Shown: positions 24,965 to 37,728, numbered from the stretch's first letter. The stretch: DNA of 64,000 nt from Anthoceros angustus (GCA_010909165.1 MU008170.1:62001-126000); one strand, 5' to 3'. Notes: generated from the letters alone by a model not told the origin. Program-made: numbers and translations.

Positions 24965-25535
24965 GCTGAGAAAACGAGGATGAAGTCGGGACAACGATTT
25001 TGTACCATTTGATGAGGATGGAATCTCGGCCCTGTTGTTTTTCCGCATGGATGTGCGTCTTGGACACCATCCATCGGGAGTATCTGAGTTTTAGCTAGCC
25101 AAATGTCCAACCGTAGACAAGAAAATAGTATAAGCTCCATCCAATTTTCAAAATTTCTTCCTGCGACGTGCAGTAATCAGAATTTGCGGGTTAGAATCGA
25201 TAATTCCCTGAAGGCAAGAGGCCCTCTTATCACGTACATGAACGCTTTTTCTGCGTGTGTGAAGTGGAACTGGTACCTGCCGGTAGACAGTTAAGGGTAC
25301 AGACACCTTCGGGGTCTATGTGTGCTTAGGCCAAATGGACACACATTTATAAGAACGCCGTGATTAAGCATCCTGAGCCTAGATCGGTACTTAGATGGGG
25401 TGCTTAAAGGGAGTGGATGCCTTGGTGCAAGTAGCTTAGGCACACCATAGTACAAATTGTTAAGTACCAAGTCCCTTCTTCTTCTTCTACGTCGTTTGCT
25501 AGGAGGCATTGTGGCATCTGGTATTTGAACTTAAT

Positions 25536-25626
25536 TTGTATGCGCAGAATTGTATCTACCAACACAAAGTGGGCGGCATTAGTTTGTATGCGTAATATTG
25601 TATCTACCAACACAAAGTAGGCGGCA
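25536..25626. repeat. ~48-bp tandem duplication
   Basis: ttgtatgcg....attgtatctaccaacacaaagt.ggcggca occurs twice. Confidence 0.75.
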
Positions 25627-25901
25627 AGATGGCGGGATTGTCAGGTTGTTCTCCAAGGTGGCCCTTCTTCTGCCTGTGGCTCTTTGGCTTGGGATGTAAG
25701 CCTCCTAAAGCTAGCTTTGTATCCCAGTCTTTTACTGGTTTTTTGTTTAAATTAAAATTTAATTATGATTTTTTCAAAAAGTAAATGTGAGTGATTCTAT
25801 TGACATGATGATTGTGAATATAAAATTCTGGAAGTTAAAAAAAAACTTCTATGGAAGTTAAACTTTGTAAATTAATTTAATATTTTTATTCGTACTATTA
25901 G

Positions 25902-26345
25902 CTAAAAAAAAGGAAAAGTTTCATAACGTATAGTACAATCCACAGTTTGGTAATATGCACCATGTGCATTTCCACATTGGCTGAAGGGTTCTTCCGAGAT
26001 GTTCTTAAGACAAGCAACACAATTTTATGATATTTTAGTTCGGTCTACAACCCGCTTGGACATAGATTGTAACAAATGTATTATCACTTAGTGTAGAACC
26101 TGCAGTTATTTCTCCAACTCGTGAAATATCAGTGATTCTGTTATCTATAATACTATGAATCGCCTCTTTAATATACGACATATCAATAATTGTTAATCCA
26201 CTTGCACATCTTGTAGTGAGTATTCTGTTGTCATAAGGAGGTGGACAACAAACTTGAGTGGCATCTATTGAAATATTCGAAAAAAGTGCAAGAAAACAAG
26301 AGACAAGTAACATAAATCGCAAAAGAACATCCGCATCGCATTAGG
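25902..26345 (-). pseudogene. Frameshifted copy of the Gnk2/DUF26-like gene
   Basis: Near-identical to 28025-28471, with indels at ~26030 and around the start codon. Confidence 0.7.
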
Positions 26346-28024
26346 AATGCTTGCAATAAAGAGATATTGCAAGTATATTATGCAAACAATGGAAAACATA
26401 ACAAGAATAGATGAATCTACAATAGATAAAGAGGCAAATTTATACACAACCAAGTAGATGACATAAGATGACAAAGACAAATAAGATCACTTTGTATGTC
26501 ATCAGCACTAATACAGTTCAACTCTCAAATAGGTCTAGTTCAACACCTATGTCACATGATATGTTCCAAATCATTGTGTATGTCATCAGCACTAATATGG
26601 TTCAACTCTCAAATAGGTCTAGTTCAACACCTATGTCACATGATATGTTCCAAAGTCTTTGCATGTGAAAATGAAATAGAGCAATCCAAATTGTGGTTGT
26701 AGGATAATCTCTTAAAAAAACAATCTGGTCACCTAAAATGATATTTTGATAAAATGTAGTCACATATCATCACTATGGTCCCATGCTTACATATTCTACA
26801 TATCATAAGGTAAATATTTAATTCATTCATAATATTTAAAAATATTTAATATTTTAATTAAGAGTTAAATATTAAAATAAATTTAATTATCATTGTTTAT
26901 CCTTCTTCCCTTTATTTTGCACTTGTGAAATCCAAATTTTCCTAACATGACATTCATCTTTCTAAGCATATAAAAATAAAATTAGATTAGCACAAAAGTA
27001 CGATACACAACATCATGTCCGTATGAAACCGTTCGAAACCTAACTATCTCCGAACAGCCTTATTTATCTGATTATTTAAAATTAATGGTAATTAATCTGA
27101 AATAAATACCAAGTTAATTAAGAATATATGGAATACATAGTCCGTTAGAGCCAGCTACGCTTAGGTACATATTCCTAAAAACTGAACTTCTAGGAGGGAC
27201 CATGACTACGTTACCTCTGCCAATGCTAGAGGATGTCTTCCTCACCACCTTCATCATACAACTAACCAGCGTAAGTTGCGGACAAATTGCTATGACAAAA
27301 TTCTGTTTGATGGATCTTATCCAAGCTTGCGATGAGGAATCGTGCATGTTGAATGGTGTAGTTCGTCATCACGCTAATCTCACAAACTAGAGGCCTCCAG
27401 TTCGATCCGGGGCCGGAGTGAAGACTGAGTATTGTTACTTACCGTTGGAAAAGGTGGAAAAATCGCAACCTTTCTATTATTTGACGTTTATGTGTGAGGA
27501 TGGCCAAATTGGTCTAATAAGGCGCCACTTATGCTGGTTCCCATGTAGCACGAATCTTTCCGGCTTACATGTGAACGTTTCACGACCCGGACCCATCATG
27601 GTGTGGCCACCGACGTTAGCCGTTAGCATCGGTGCTGTAGAAGCGGGTTGGCCAGCCTGTTCGCCATGCCCGGGTCTTCACCGGTCGTCACCGGGTAAAT
27701 GCATCCTCCGAGTCCGAGAAATCCACGACAGAATGCAGGAGTGAGCAGCGGACAGTGCAGCGGTCACCGAGCGTCAATTGGACGATTCTCTCGCGGACCA
27801 GGAACGTGAGGAGGACGTTGAGAAGCTCCAGGTTGAGTATTTTAAGTTCTGAAGGGACTTGACAGGCAGAATTTCTTCGGGCTTGAGCTTTGAACTCGAA
27901 GTTGTTGAATGAGGGACATGACAGGAAGAATTTCGTCGGGCTTGTATAAAATTCTGAAGTTAAAAAAACTTCTATGGAAGTTAAACTTTGTAAATTAATT
28001 TAATATTTTTATTCGTACTATTAG

Positions 28025-28471
28025 CTAAAAAAAAGGAAAAGTTTCATAACGTATAGTACAATCCACAGTTTGGTAATATGCACCATGTGCATTTCCACAT
28101 TGGCTGAAGGGTTCTTCCGAGATGTTCTTAAGACAAGCAACACAATTTTGCGCATATTTTAGTTCAGGTCTACAACCCGCTTGGACATAGATTGTAACAA
28201 ATGTATTATCACTTAGTGTAGAACCTGCAGTTATTTCTCCAACTCGTGAAATATCAGTGATTCTGTTATCTATAATACTATGAATCGCCTCTTTAATATA
28301 CGACATATCAATAATTGTTAATCCACTTGCACATCTTGTAGTGAGTATTCTGTTGTCATAAGGAGGTGGACAACAAACTTGAGTGGCATCTATTGAAATA
28401 TTCGAAAAAAGTGCAAGAAAACAAGAGACAAGTAACATAAATCGCAAAAGAACATCCAGTCTTACTGCCAT
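28025..28471 (-). CDS. Secreted single-domain DUF26 / ginkbilobin-2-like (stress-antifung) Cys-rich protein, ~148 aa, intronless
   Basis: Signal peptide MAVRLDVLLRFMLLVSCFLALFS; 'IYVQAGCRPELKYAQNCVACL' (C-X9-C-X2-C, a variant of the DUF26 C-X8-C-X2-C); C-terminal 'CGNAHGAYYQTVDCTIRYETFPFF' typical of Gnk2; TATAAAT ~100 bp upstream (28569-28575, minus strand). Confidence 0.8.
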   Translation of the reverse strand: MAVRLDVLLRFMLLVSCFLALFSNISIDATQVCCPPPYDNRILTTRCASGLTIIDMSYIKEAIHSIIDNRITDISRVGEITAGSTLSDNTFVTIYVQAGCRPELKYAQNCVACLKNISEEPFSQCGNAHGAYYQTVDCTIRYETFPFF

Positions 28472-28619
28472 TGTGGAATGCTTGCAATAAAGAGATATTG
28501 CAAGTATATTATGCAAACAATGGAAAACATAACAAGAATAGATGAATCTACAATAGATAAAGAGGCAAATTTATACACAACCAAGTAGATGACATAAGAT
28601 GACAAAGACAAATAAGATC

Positions 28620-28782
28620 ACTTTGTATGTCATCAGACTAATCTGATTCAACTCTCAAATAGGTCTAGTTCAACACCTATGTCACATGATATGTTCCAAA
28701 TCATTGTATGTCATCAAGACTAATATGGTTCAACTCTCAAATAGGTCTAGTTCAACACCTATGTCACATGATATGTTCCAAA
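28620..28782. repeat. ~82-84-bp tandem duplication upstream of the Gnk2-like gene
   Basis: tgtatgtcatca...ttcaactctcaaataggtctagttcaacacctatgtcacatgatatgttccaaa twice; also at 26493-26653 and 31430-31592. Confidence 0.8.
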
Positions 28783-31059
28783 GTCTTTGCATGTGAAAAT
28801 GAAATAGAGCAATCCAAATTGTGGTTGTAGGATAATCTCTTAAAAACAATCTGGTCACCTAAAATGATATTTTGATAAAATGTAGTCACATATCATCACT
28901 ATGGTCCCATGCTTACATATTCTACATATCATAAGGTAAATATTTAATTCATTCATAATATTTAAAAATATTTAATATTTTAATTAAGAGTTAAATATTA
29001 AAATAAATTTAATTATCATTGTTTATCCTTCTTCCTTTATTTTGCACTTGTGAAATCCAAATTTTCCTAACATGACATTCATCTTTCTAAGCATATAAAA
29101 ATAAAATTAGATTAGCACAAAAGTACGATACACAACATCATGTCCAGTATGAAACCGTTCAAACCTAACTATCTCCGAACAGCCTTATTTATCTGATTAT
29201 TTAAAATTAATGGTAATTAATCTGAAATAAATACCAAGTTAATTAAGAATATATGGAATACATAGTCCGTTAGAGCCCGCTACGCTTAGGTACATATTCC
29301 TAAAAACTGAACTTCTAGGAGGGACCATGACTACGTTACCTCTGCCAATGCTAGAGGATGTCTTCCTCACCACCTTCATCATACAACTAACCAGCGTAAG
29401 TTGCGGACAAATTGCTATGACAAAATTCTGTTTGATGGATCTTATCCAAGCTTGCGATGAGGAATCGTGCATGTTGAATGGTGTAGTTCGTCATCACGCT
29501 AATCTCACAAACTAGAGGCCTCCAGTTCGATCCGGGGCCGGAGTGAAGACTGAGTATTGTTACTTACCGTTGGAAAAGGTGGAAAAATCGCAACCTTTCT
29601 ATTATTTGACGTTTATGTGTGAGGATGGCCAAATTGGTCTAATAAGGCGCCACTTATGCTGGTTCCCATGTAGCACGAATCTTTCCGGCTTACATGTGAA
29701 CGTTTCACGACCGGACCCATCATGGTGTGGCCACCGACGTTAGCCGTTAGCATCGGTGCTGTAGAAGCGGGTTGGCCAGCCTGTTCGCCATGCCGGGTCT
29801 TCACCGGTCGTCACCGGGTAAATGCATCCTCCGAGTCCGAGAAATCACGACAGAATGCAGGAGTGAGCAGCGGACAGTGCAGCGGTCACCGAGCGTCAAT
29901 TGACGATTCTCTCGCGGACCAGGAACGTGAGGAGGACGTTGAGAAGCTCCAGGTTGAGTATTTTAAGTTCTGAAGGGACTTGACAGGCAGAATTTCTTCG
30001 GGCTTGAGCTTTGAACTCCGAAGTTGTTGAATGAGGGACATGACAGGAAGAATTTCGTCGGGCTTGAGCTTTGAACTCCGAAGTTGTTGAATGCTGGTAC
30101 ATTGGCACTTGTTCAGCAAAACCAGGTTACCCTCCAACCTAACTTGGAACCTCGACTGGTGGAGGCCTACGGCATTGCCAGCATGCTCTAAGGCTCCAGG
30201 AAAACTGCGAGAATGGGAGGATGAGAATAATCAGAGGCCTAGAAAAGCGTCTGGATCAAAAGGCTCGAGTCAGGGTCTCTTTGAACATGGTTCTGTCATA
30301 CCAGTACTCTTTGTTTTGAAAATCAGCACTGCCACCCGTACTGTGGGCAAGGATCGTCCGGCCCCGCGTCGTGAAGATCCCCTTGTTCAAGTTATGGGGC
30401 GAAGTCTGAGGACGCGTCAAGGAGAATGAGCAATGCAGACGTATGGTACGTAATGGGGGTAATGACTCCATGATCGCTTCCCTCTGCTCCGGTTGCGGCA
30501 CTGGGCAGAAACGGATGGACTTGCTCAGATCAACAGTGGGATGATCCTGTGGTCCAGGGCTCCACTATTACTTGGGGCCTGTAGCTAGCAGATCAACCGG
30601 GCCTCGCTGTGGCCCGTACTGACGGTGGAACCTCCTTGACAGGGCACACAGAGGAGCAATGCTGAATATGAGAGGCCTGTACAGTGCACTTTCGTGCCAC
30701 AACCTGCATGGATCATATCACACACCAGAGCTTCGGACAGACAGCTCATGGCTCGTCACCCATTACACGGGAGGAGGTTTGGCCAAGAAGCAAAAAAGAC
30801 CATCGCTCCAACAAAACAACCAACCATGAATGACACCTCCACGGACTAACGGCCCAGAAGTGGAGAAGTGTGTGGGCACCAGAAAGAAATGATTCCTTTG
30901 TTCGGAGGATGTGTTTTCCCCAATTCTTGAGGTCATTCCATTCTCCCCACCTGCTGCTCAGCTTTCTCCTTGCTGTCGCGGGAACCGAAAAAGAAATGTT
31001 TTCTTTGTTCGGAGGATGTGTTTTCCTCTATTTGCCACTTCTTTGAGGTCATTCCATTC

Positions 31060-31280
31060 TCCAACTCGTGGAAATATCTGTTGATTCGCTATCTATAATA
31101 CTATGAATTCTTAATATACTTCATATATCAATAATTGTTAATCCACTTGCACATCTTGTAGTGAGTATTCGTTGTAAGGAGGTGACAACAAACTTGAGTG
31201 GCATCTATTATATTCGAAAAAGTGCAAGAAAACAAGAGACAAGTAATATAAATCGAAAGAACATCCGCCTTACCATTGTG
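31060..31280 (-). pseudogene. Noisy 5' partial copy of the Gnk2-like gene
   Basis: Many small indels relative to 28235-28471. Confidence 0.6.
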
Positions 31281-33869
31281 TGGAATGTCCGGCAATAAAG
31301 AGATATTGCAAGTATAAAACAATGGAAAACATAACAAGAATAGATGAATCTACAATAGATAAAGAGGCAAATTTTTATACACAACCAGAGATGACATATA
31401 GATGATTACAAAGACAAATAAGATCTACTTTGTATGTCATCGCACCAATAAGCCGCAACTCAAATAGGTCTAGTTCAACACCTATGTCACATGATATGTT
31501 CCAAATCATTGTGTATGTCATCAAGACTAATATGGTTCAACTCCTCAAATAGGTCTAGTTCAATCACCCTATGTCACATGATATGTTCCAAAGTCTTCTA
31601 CGTGAAAATGAATAGAGCAATCCAAATTGTGGTTGTAGGATAATCTCTTAAAAACAATCTGGTCACCTAAAATGATATTTTGATAAAATGTAGTCACATA
31701 TCATCACTATGGTCCCATGCTTACATATTCTACATATCATAAGGTAAATATTTAATTCATTCATAATATTTAAAAATATTTAATATTTTAATTAAGAGTT
31801 AAATATTAAAATAAATTTAATTATCATTGTTTATCCTTCTTCCTTTATTTTGCACTTGTGAAATCCAAATTTTCCTAACATGACATTCATCTTTCTAAGC
31901 ATATAAAATAAAATTAGATTAGCACAAAAGTACGATACACAACATCATGTCCGTATGAAACCGCTCAAACCTAACTATCTCCGAACAGCCTTATTTATCT
32001 GATTATTTAAAATTAATGGTAATTAATCTGAAATAAATACCAAGTTAATTAAGAATATATGGAATACATAGTCCGTTAGAGCCAGCTACGCTTAGGTACA
32101 TATTCCTAAAAACTGAACTTCTAGGAGGGACCATGACTACGTTACCTCTGCCAATGCTAGAGGATGTCTTCCTCACCACCTTCATCATACAACTAACCAG
32201 CGTAAGTTGCGGACAAATTGCTATGACAAAATTCTGTTTGATGGATCTTATCCAAGCTTGCGATGAGGAATCGTGCATGTTGAATGGTGTAGTTCGTCAT
32301 CACGCTAATCTCACAAACTAGAGGTCAGCGATCCTGGTGAAGACTGAGATTGTTGAATCCGTTGGAAAAGGTGGAAAAATCGCAACCTTCTTTATTTGAC
32401 GTTTATGTGTGAGGATGGCCAAATTGGTTAGCGCACTTATGCTGGTTCGCATGTAGCACGAATGCTTCCGGCTTACATGTGAACGTTTCACGACCCGACC
32501 CATCATGGTGGGCTACCCGACGCCGCGGCAGCCAGCATCGGTGCCGTAGAAAGCGTGGGTTGGCCAGCTCTGTTCGCTGCCCGTCCACCGGTCGTCACTG
32601 TGGGCAAATGCATCCTCCGAGTCGAAGATCCACGACAGAATGTCTGAGTGGACGCAGTGGAATGAGTGCAGCGGTCACCGAGCGTCAATTGACGATTCTC
32701 CGCGGACCAGGAACGTGAGGAGGACGTTGAGAAGCTCCAGGCTGAGTATTTTAAGTTCTGAAGGGCCTTGACAGGCAGAATTTCAACTGGCTTGAGCTTA
32801 ACCCGTTGTTGAATGAGGGACATGACAGGAAGAATTTCTTACAGGGCTTGAGCTTTGAACCCGAAGTTGTTGAACAGACAGCTCATGGCTCGTCACATTA
32901 CACGGGAGGAGGTTTGTTCAGCAAAAAGACCAGGTTACCCTCCAACCCAAAACAACCTGACTGAATGGAGGCTCACGGCATTGCCAGCATGCTCTAAGAG
33001 CTCATACATCACTTGTTTATTGTGTAGTTCAAACATGATGATGTACTTATTGAATAAAACGTTATATGATTGTGTACTTGTGAGGAGGACGTTGAGAAGC
33101 TCCAGGTTGAGTATTTTAAGTTCTGAAGGGACTTGACAGGCAGAATTTCTTCGGGCTTGAGCTTTGAACTCCGAAGTTGTTGAATGAGGGACATGACAGG
33201 AAGAATTTCGTCGGGCTTGAGCTTTGAACTCCGAAGTTGTTGAATGCTGGTACATTGGCACATCTTCATCAATTGATCAAAGATTAAGATCTTATTTATT
33301 TACTTATAATAATATTTAAAAATATTTAATATTTTAATTAAGAGTTAAATATTAAAATAAATTTAATTATCATTGTTTATCCTTCTTCCCTTTATTTTGC
33401 ACTTGTGAAATCCAAATTTTCCTAACATGACATTCATCTTTCTAAGCATATAAAATAAAATTAGATTAGCACAAAAGTACGATACACAACATCATGTCCG
33501 TATGAAACCGCTCAAACCTAACTATCTCCGAACAGCCTTATTTATCTGATTATTTAAAATTAATGGTAATTAATCTGAAATAAATACCAAGTTAATTAAG
33601 AATATATGGAATACATAGTCCGTTAGAGCCCGGCTACGCTTAGGTACATATTCCTAAAAAACTGAACTTCTAGGAGGGACCATGACTACGTTACCTCTGC
33701 CAATGCTAGAGGATGTCTTCCTCACCACCTTCATCATACAACTAACCAGCGTAAGTTGCAGACAAATTGCTATGACAAAATTCTGTTTGATGGATCTTAT
33801 CCAAGCTTGCGATGAGGAATCGTGCATGTTGAATGGTGTAGTTCGTCATCACGCTAATCTCACAAACTA

Positions 33870-35515
33870 GAGGCCTCCAGTTCGATCCGGGGCCGGAGTG
33901 AAGACTGAGTATTGTTACTTACCGTTGGAAAAGGTGGAAAAATCGCAACCTTTCTATTATTTGACGTTTATGTGTGAGGATGGCCAAATTGGTCTAATAA
34001 GGCGCCACTTATGCTGGTTCCCATGTAGCACGAATCTTTCCGGCTTACATGTGAACGTTTCACGACCCGGACCCATCATGGTGTGGCCACCGACGTTAGC
34101 CGTTAGCATCGGTGCTGTAGAAGCGGGTTGGCCAGCCTGTTCGCCATGCCCGGGTCTTCACCGGTCGTCACTGGTAAATGCATCCTCCGAGTCCGAGAAA
34201 TCCACGACAGAATGCAGGAGTGAGCAGCGGACAGTGCAGCGGTCACCGAGCGTCAATTGGACGATTCTCTCGCGGACCAGGAACGTGAGGAGGACGTTGA
34301 GAAGCTCCAGGTTGAGTATTTTAAGTTCTGAAGGGACTTGACAGGCAGAATTTCTTCGGGCTTGAGCTTTGAACTCCGAAGTTGTTGAATGAGGGACATG
34401 ACAGGAAGAATTTCGTCGGGCTTGAGCTTTGAACTCCGAAGTTGTTGAATGCTGGTACATTGGCACTTGTTCAGCAAAACCAGGTTACCCTCCAACCTAA
34501 CTTGGAACCTCGACCGGTGGAGGCCTACGGCATTGCCAGCATGCTCTAAGGCTCCAGGAAAACTGCGAGAATGGGAGGATGAGAATAATCAGAGGCCTAG
34601 AAAAGCGTCTGGATCAAAAGGCTCGAGTCAGGGTCTCTTTGAACATGGTTCTGTCATACCAGTACTCTTTGTTTTGAAAATCAGCACTGCCACCCGTACT
34701 GTGGGCAAGGATCGTCCGGCCCCGCGTCGTGAAGATCCCCTTGTTCAAGTTATGGGGGCGAAGTCTGAGGACGCGTCAAGGAGAATGAGCAATGCAGACG
34801 TATGGTACGTAATGGGGGTAATGACTCCATGATCGCTTCCCTCTGCTCCGGTTGCGGCACTGGGCAGAAACGGATGGACTTGCTCAGATCAACAGTGGGA
34901 TGATCCTGTGGTCCAGGGCTCCACTATTACTTGGGGGCCTGTAGCTAGCAGATCAACCGGGCCCTCGCTGTGGCCCGTACTGACGGTGGAACCTCCTTGA
35001 CAGGGCACACAGAGGAGCAATGCTGAATATGAGAGGCCTGTACAGTGCACTTTCGTGCCACAACCTGCATGGATCATATCACACACCAGAGCTTCGGACA
35101 GACAGCTCTCATGGCTCGTCACCCATTACACGGGAGGAGGTTTGGCCAAGAAGCAAAAAAGACCATCGCTCCAACAAAACAACCAACCATGAATGACACC
35201 TCCACGGACTAACGGCCCAGAAGTGGAGAAGTGTGTGGGCACCAGAAAGAAATGATTCCTTTGTTCGGAGGATGTGTTTTCCCCAATTCTTGAGGTCATT
35301 CCATTCTCCCCACCTGCTGCTCAGCTTTCTCCTTGCTGTCGCGGGAACCGAAAAAGAAATGTTTTCTTTGTTCGGAGGATGTGTTTTCCTCTATTTGCCA
35401 CTTCTTTGAGGTCATTCCATTCTCCAACCAGTCGTCATTTATCTCTCTCTCGGATGGTCTCTGGTCTCTCTCTCGGATGGTCTGTGGTGGATTGGTTATC
35501 CGGTCATTGATTGCT
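33870..35515. other. GC-richer insert in the AT-rich island, possibly a decayed TE fragment; contains a 60-bp duplication (34339-34450) and an imperfect duplication at 35258-35425
   Basis: Abrupt composition shift at both ends, no recognisable domain; partial copies at 27390, 29515 and 32320. Confidence 0.35.
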
Positions 35516-35931
35516 CGAAAAATTAGTTTGCTTCTCATCCATCTCCACCGTACCTATAAGGAGTTGAAAATAGTTTAAAATTTTTTTATATATAACACCT
35601 TATGTACCTAGTAGGTAATTATCCTCCTTCATGTAGATTTCTTACAAAATATCCTCTAAAACATTCTTCAATTATTATTGAATGGCTTGTTAAGTCATAC
35701 ATCTTCATCAATTGATCAAAGATTAAGATCTTATTTTTATTTACTTATAATAATATTTATTAGCTAGGTCTCGAGATATAATAGTAAGGTAGCGAGATAT
35801 TCTGCTCTATTAGTCCTATATATGTGAGCTCCTCTTCACCAAATTATATCTTATTGTTCTCCTTACATTGCAAGCTCATTGTACAACATCTCTACTTGTG
35901 ACTAGTTTTTATTGTTAGTAGTTGTTAGACA

Positions 35932-36393
35932 ATGGTTAAGACTAAAGTCCTCATGTCCTTGCTATTGGCATTGTGTATGTGTGCTGCCATTGTGCATATT
36001 GCCCATGGTAACAGCCAAGTGTTGTTAGAGGGCTATGAGTTGTCTACTGGTACTGGACTTATAATTTGGCCCCATTTATTCACTATGCAAGCTGATTGCA
36101 ATTTGGTATTGTACAATCAGGCAAAGAATGTGGCAACCTGGGCTTCCAATACTCCCGGCAAGGGTCAGAATTGCTACTTCAAGTTGGAAACTAATGGGAA
36201 TGCTGAGATATTCACAGGTGATAATGTTTCAATGTTTAGCACTGGAACTTGCTGCGGTGAAGATGGTGGTCATTACATCATCTTGCAGAGCGATGGTAAT
36301 GTAGTCATGTACACCGGAGATGGTAAAATGATTTGGTCTACTGGTACAGGTGGCCTGATAGTTTCCAACTCAACTGTTGCAAATCCAAACTAG
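35932..36393 (+). CDS. Secreted GNA/bulb-type (B-lectin) mannose-binding lectin, 153 aa, intronless
   Basis: Signal peptide; QxDxNxVxY sites 'MQADCNLVLY' and 'LQSDGNVVMY'; degenerate middle site 'LETNGNAEIF'; WASNT/WSTGT motifs; TATATAT at 35817-35823. Confidence 0.9.
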   Translation: MVKTKVLMSLLLALCMCAAIVHIAHGNSQVLLEGYELSTGTGLIIWPHLFTMQADCNLVLYNQAKNVATWASNTPGKGQNCYFKLETNGNAEIFTGDNVSMFSTGTCCGEDGGHYIILQSDGNVVMYTGDGKMIWSTGTGGLIVSNSTVANPN

Positions 36394-36699
36394 ATGTCGA
36401 TAGTGCTCTAAGAGCTCATACATCACTTGTTTATTGTGTAGTTCAAACATGATGATGTACTTATTGAATAAAACGTTATATGATTGTGTACTTGTGCATA
36501 GAGGCACTATTCCACTTCATATACATTTTTTTTAATCTCATTTTACAATTGCCTAGGATTTAGAAATTTTGAATGTTGTCATTTTGGGCAAATATTCGGA
36601 ACTTGTTTTTTTCAAATCATCCATAATTCATTCTTAATGGTAAAAAAGTTTGTCAAATACAAGTTAGGGACATGTTATCAGTGGACGCTCGAAAGGACT

Positions 36700-37712
36700 T
36701 CCCTCCTTTCTCGACATTTATTACTGATGGTTTCAGGGGGTTGCAGACATCTCTGTTTGAGAAGCAGCTCGGCCAGGCTTTCCAGTCTGTCCTCCAGGAC
36801 CCCTCCATCCCCAGGTCCACAAGAGTGTGGCTCCGCTCTTATTCTGGGAAGGGCGCGGGTGCTGGGCTATTGGCCCGCCCATGCATACGGGGTTTTCACA
36901 TCGCACCAACCACCTTGACTACTACGATGTGATTCCGTCTTGGCCTGCTCCAGCCTATGGCTTCTTCGCTCCTTACTTGCGAGCGCGGCTCTGCCCTCGA
37001 TGATTTTGGGGTACACCTTGCTCGTTGTCCCCACGGGGGTCATCGCATTGCCACTCACGACGCCATCCGCGATGTCATGTTCGCCATCGCTCGCGCAAGT
37101 GGCTACATGGCTTGGAGGGAGCGGGGGTATACTCTCATGGTCGTTCAATCGTACGACTGTACTCGTCCGCGACCGTGTTTCGTGGCGATGTGGTGGTTAC
37201 TGATCGTTCACGTGACACCATCTCCGCTCAGGTCATTACTAACCGTCGAGGGCTGCCGCCGAGCGGTGACTCAAGGTCCGCAAATATAGCAGGATGCAAG
37301 CGGGCCACCTCTTTATTCTGCTTGCACAAGAAACGTATGGGGCAATGGCTGAGGACTTTAACAAATTTGTCAAGTCTTGTGCCAAGGCTTACCATGTGCG
37401 CAGACACGGTGCGGGGCTGACCCTCTCGTACTTCACAGCATACTTCCGACAACGGGTTTCAATGCCCTTCAACGGACGCTCTCAATGGCGATCCTCCACA
37501 AGGCGGCGACAGTAGGTGACGCATCTTCCTCTACCTTCGTGGTTTGCAGGCCGTTTATTCTTCCTGCATATGACATTGTGGGTGCAGTAAGTGACTTTAG
37601 GTAGGGAGCTCAGTTGCTCCTCTCCACCTCGACCCCCTGGTCCTCTTTGGTTGTCCCCTTTTGGATGGGCTTTCCCATCGTTTTTTCACATCAATAAAAA
37701 CCTTTCCTTCAA
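36700..37712 (+). mobile_element. 5'-truncated, decayed copy of an RLE-type (CRE-like) LINE
   Basis: GKGAGAGLLARP; 'CERGSALDDFGVHLARCPHGGHRIATHDAIRDVMFAIAR'; 'DVVVTD'; 'LAQETYGAMAEDFNKFVKSCA...YFRQRVSM'; homologous to 1200-2070. Confidence 0.8.
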
Positions 37713-37728
37713 ATACAAGTCTGATATA

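Larger units (their letters stand above)
10700..25510. repeat. Scrambled, same-orientation multi-copy mosaic of CDC27 5' part / intergenic / CPN60B segments
   Basis: Near-identical re-occurrences of 9275-10790 and 20100-23790 sequence, joined at short shared words and differing mainly by homopolymer indels. Confidence 0.9.
25815..34460. repeat. Second multi-copy/chimeric block (Gnk2-like gene + AT-rich upstream region + GC-richer insert), 3-4 partial copies
   Basis: Units restart at ~25815, ~27945, ~31060 and ~33305; the copy at 31060-32900 is very noisy. Confidence 0.85.

Noticed and set aside
35232-35244. Possible primer-binding site (minus strand TGGTGCCCACAC) of an LTR element
   Set aside because: No adjacent LTR-terminal CA, no second LTR and no gag/pol motifs found.
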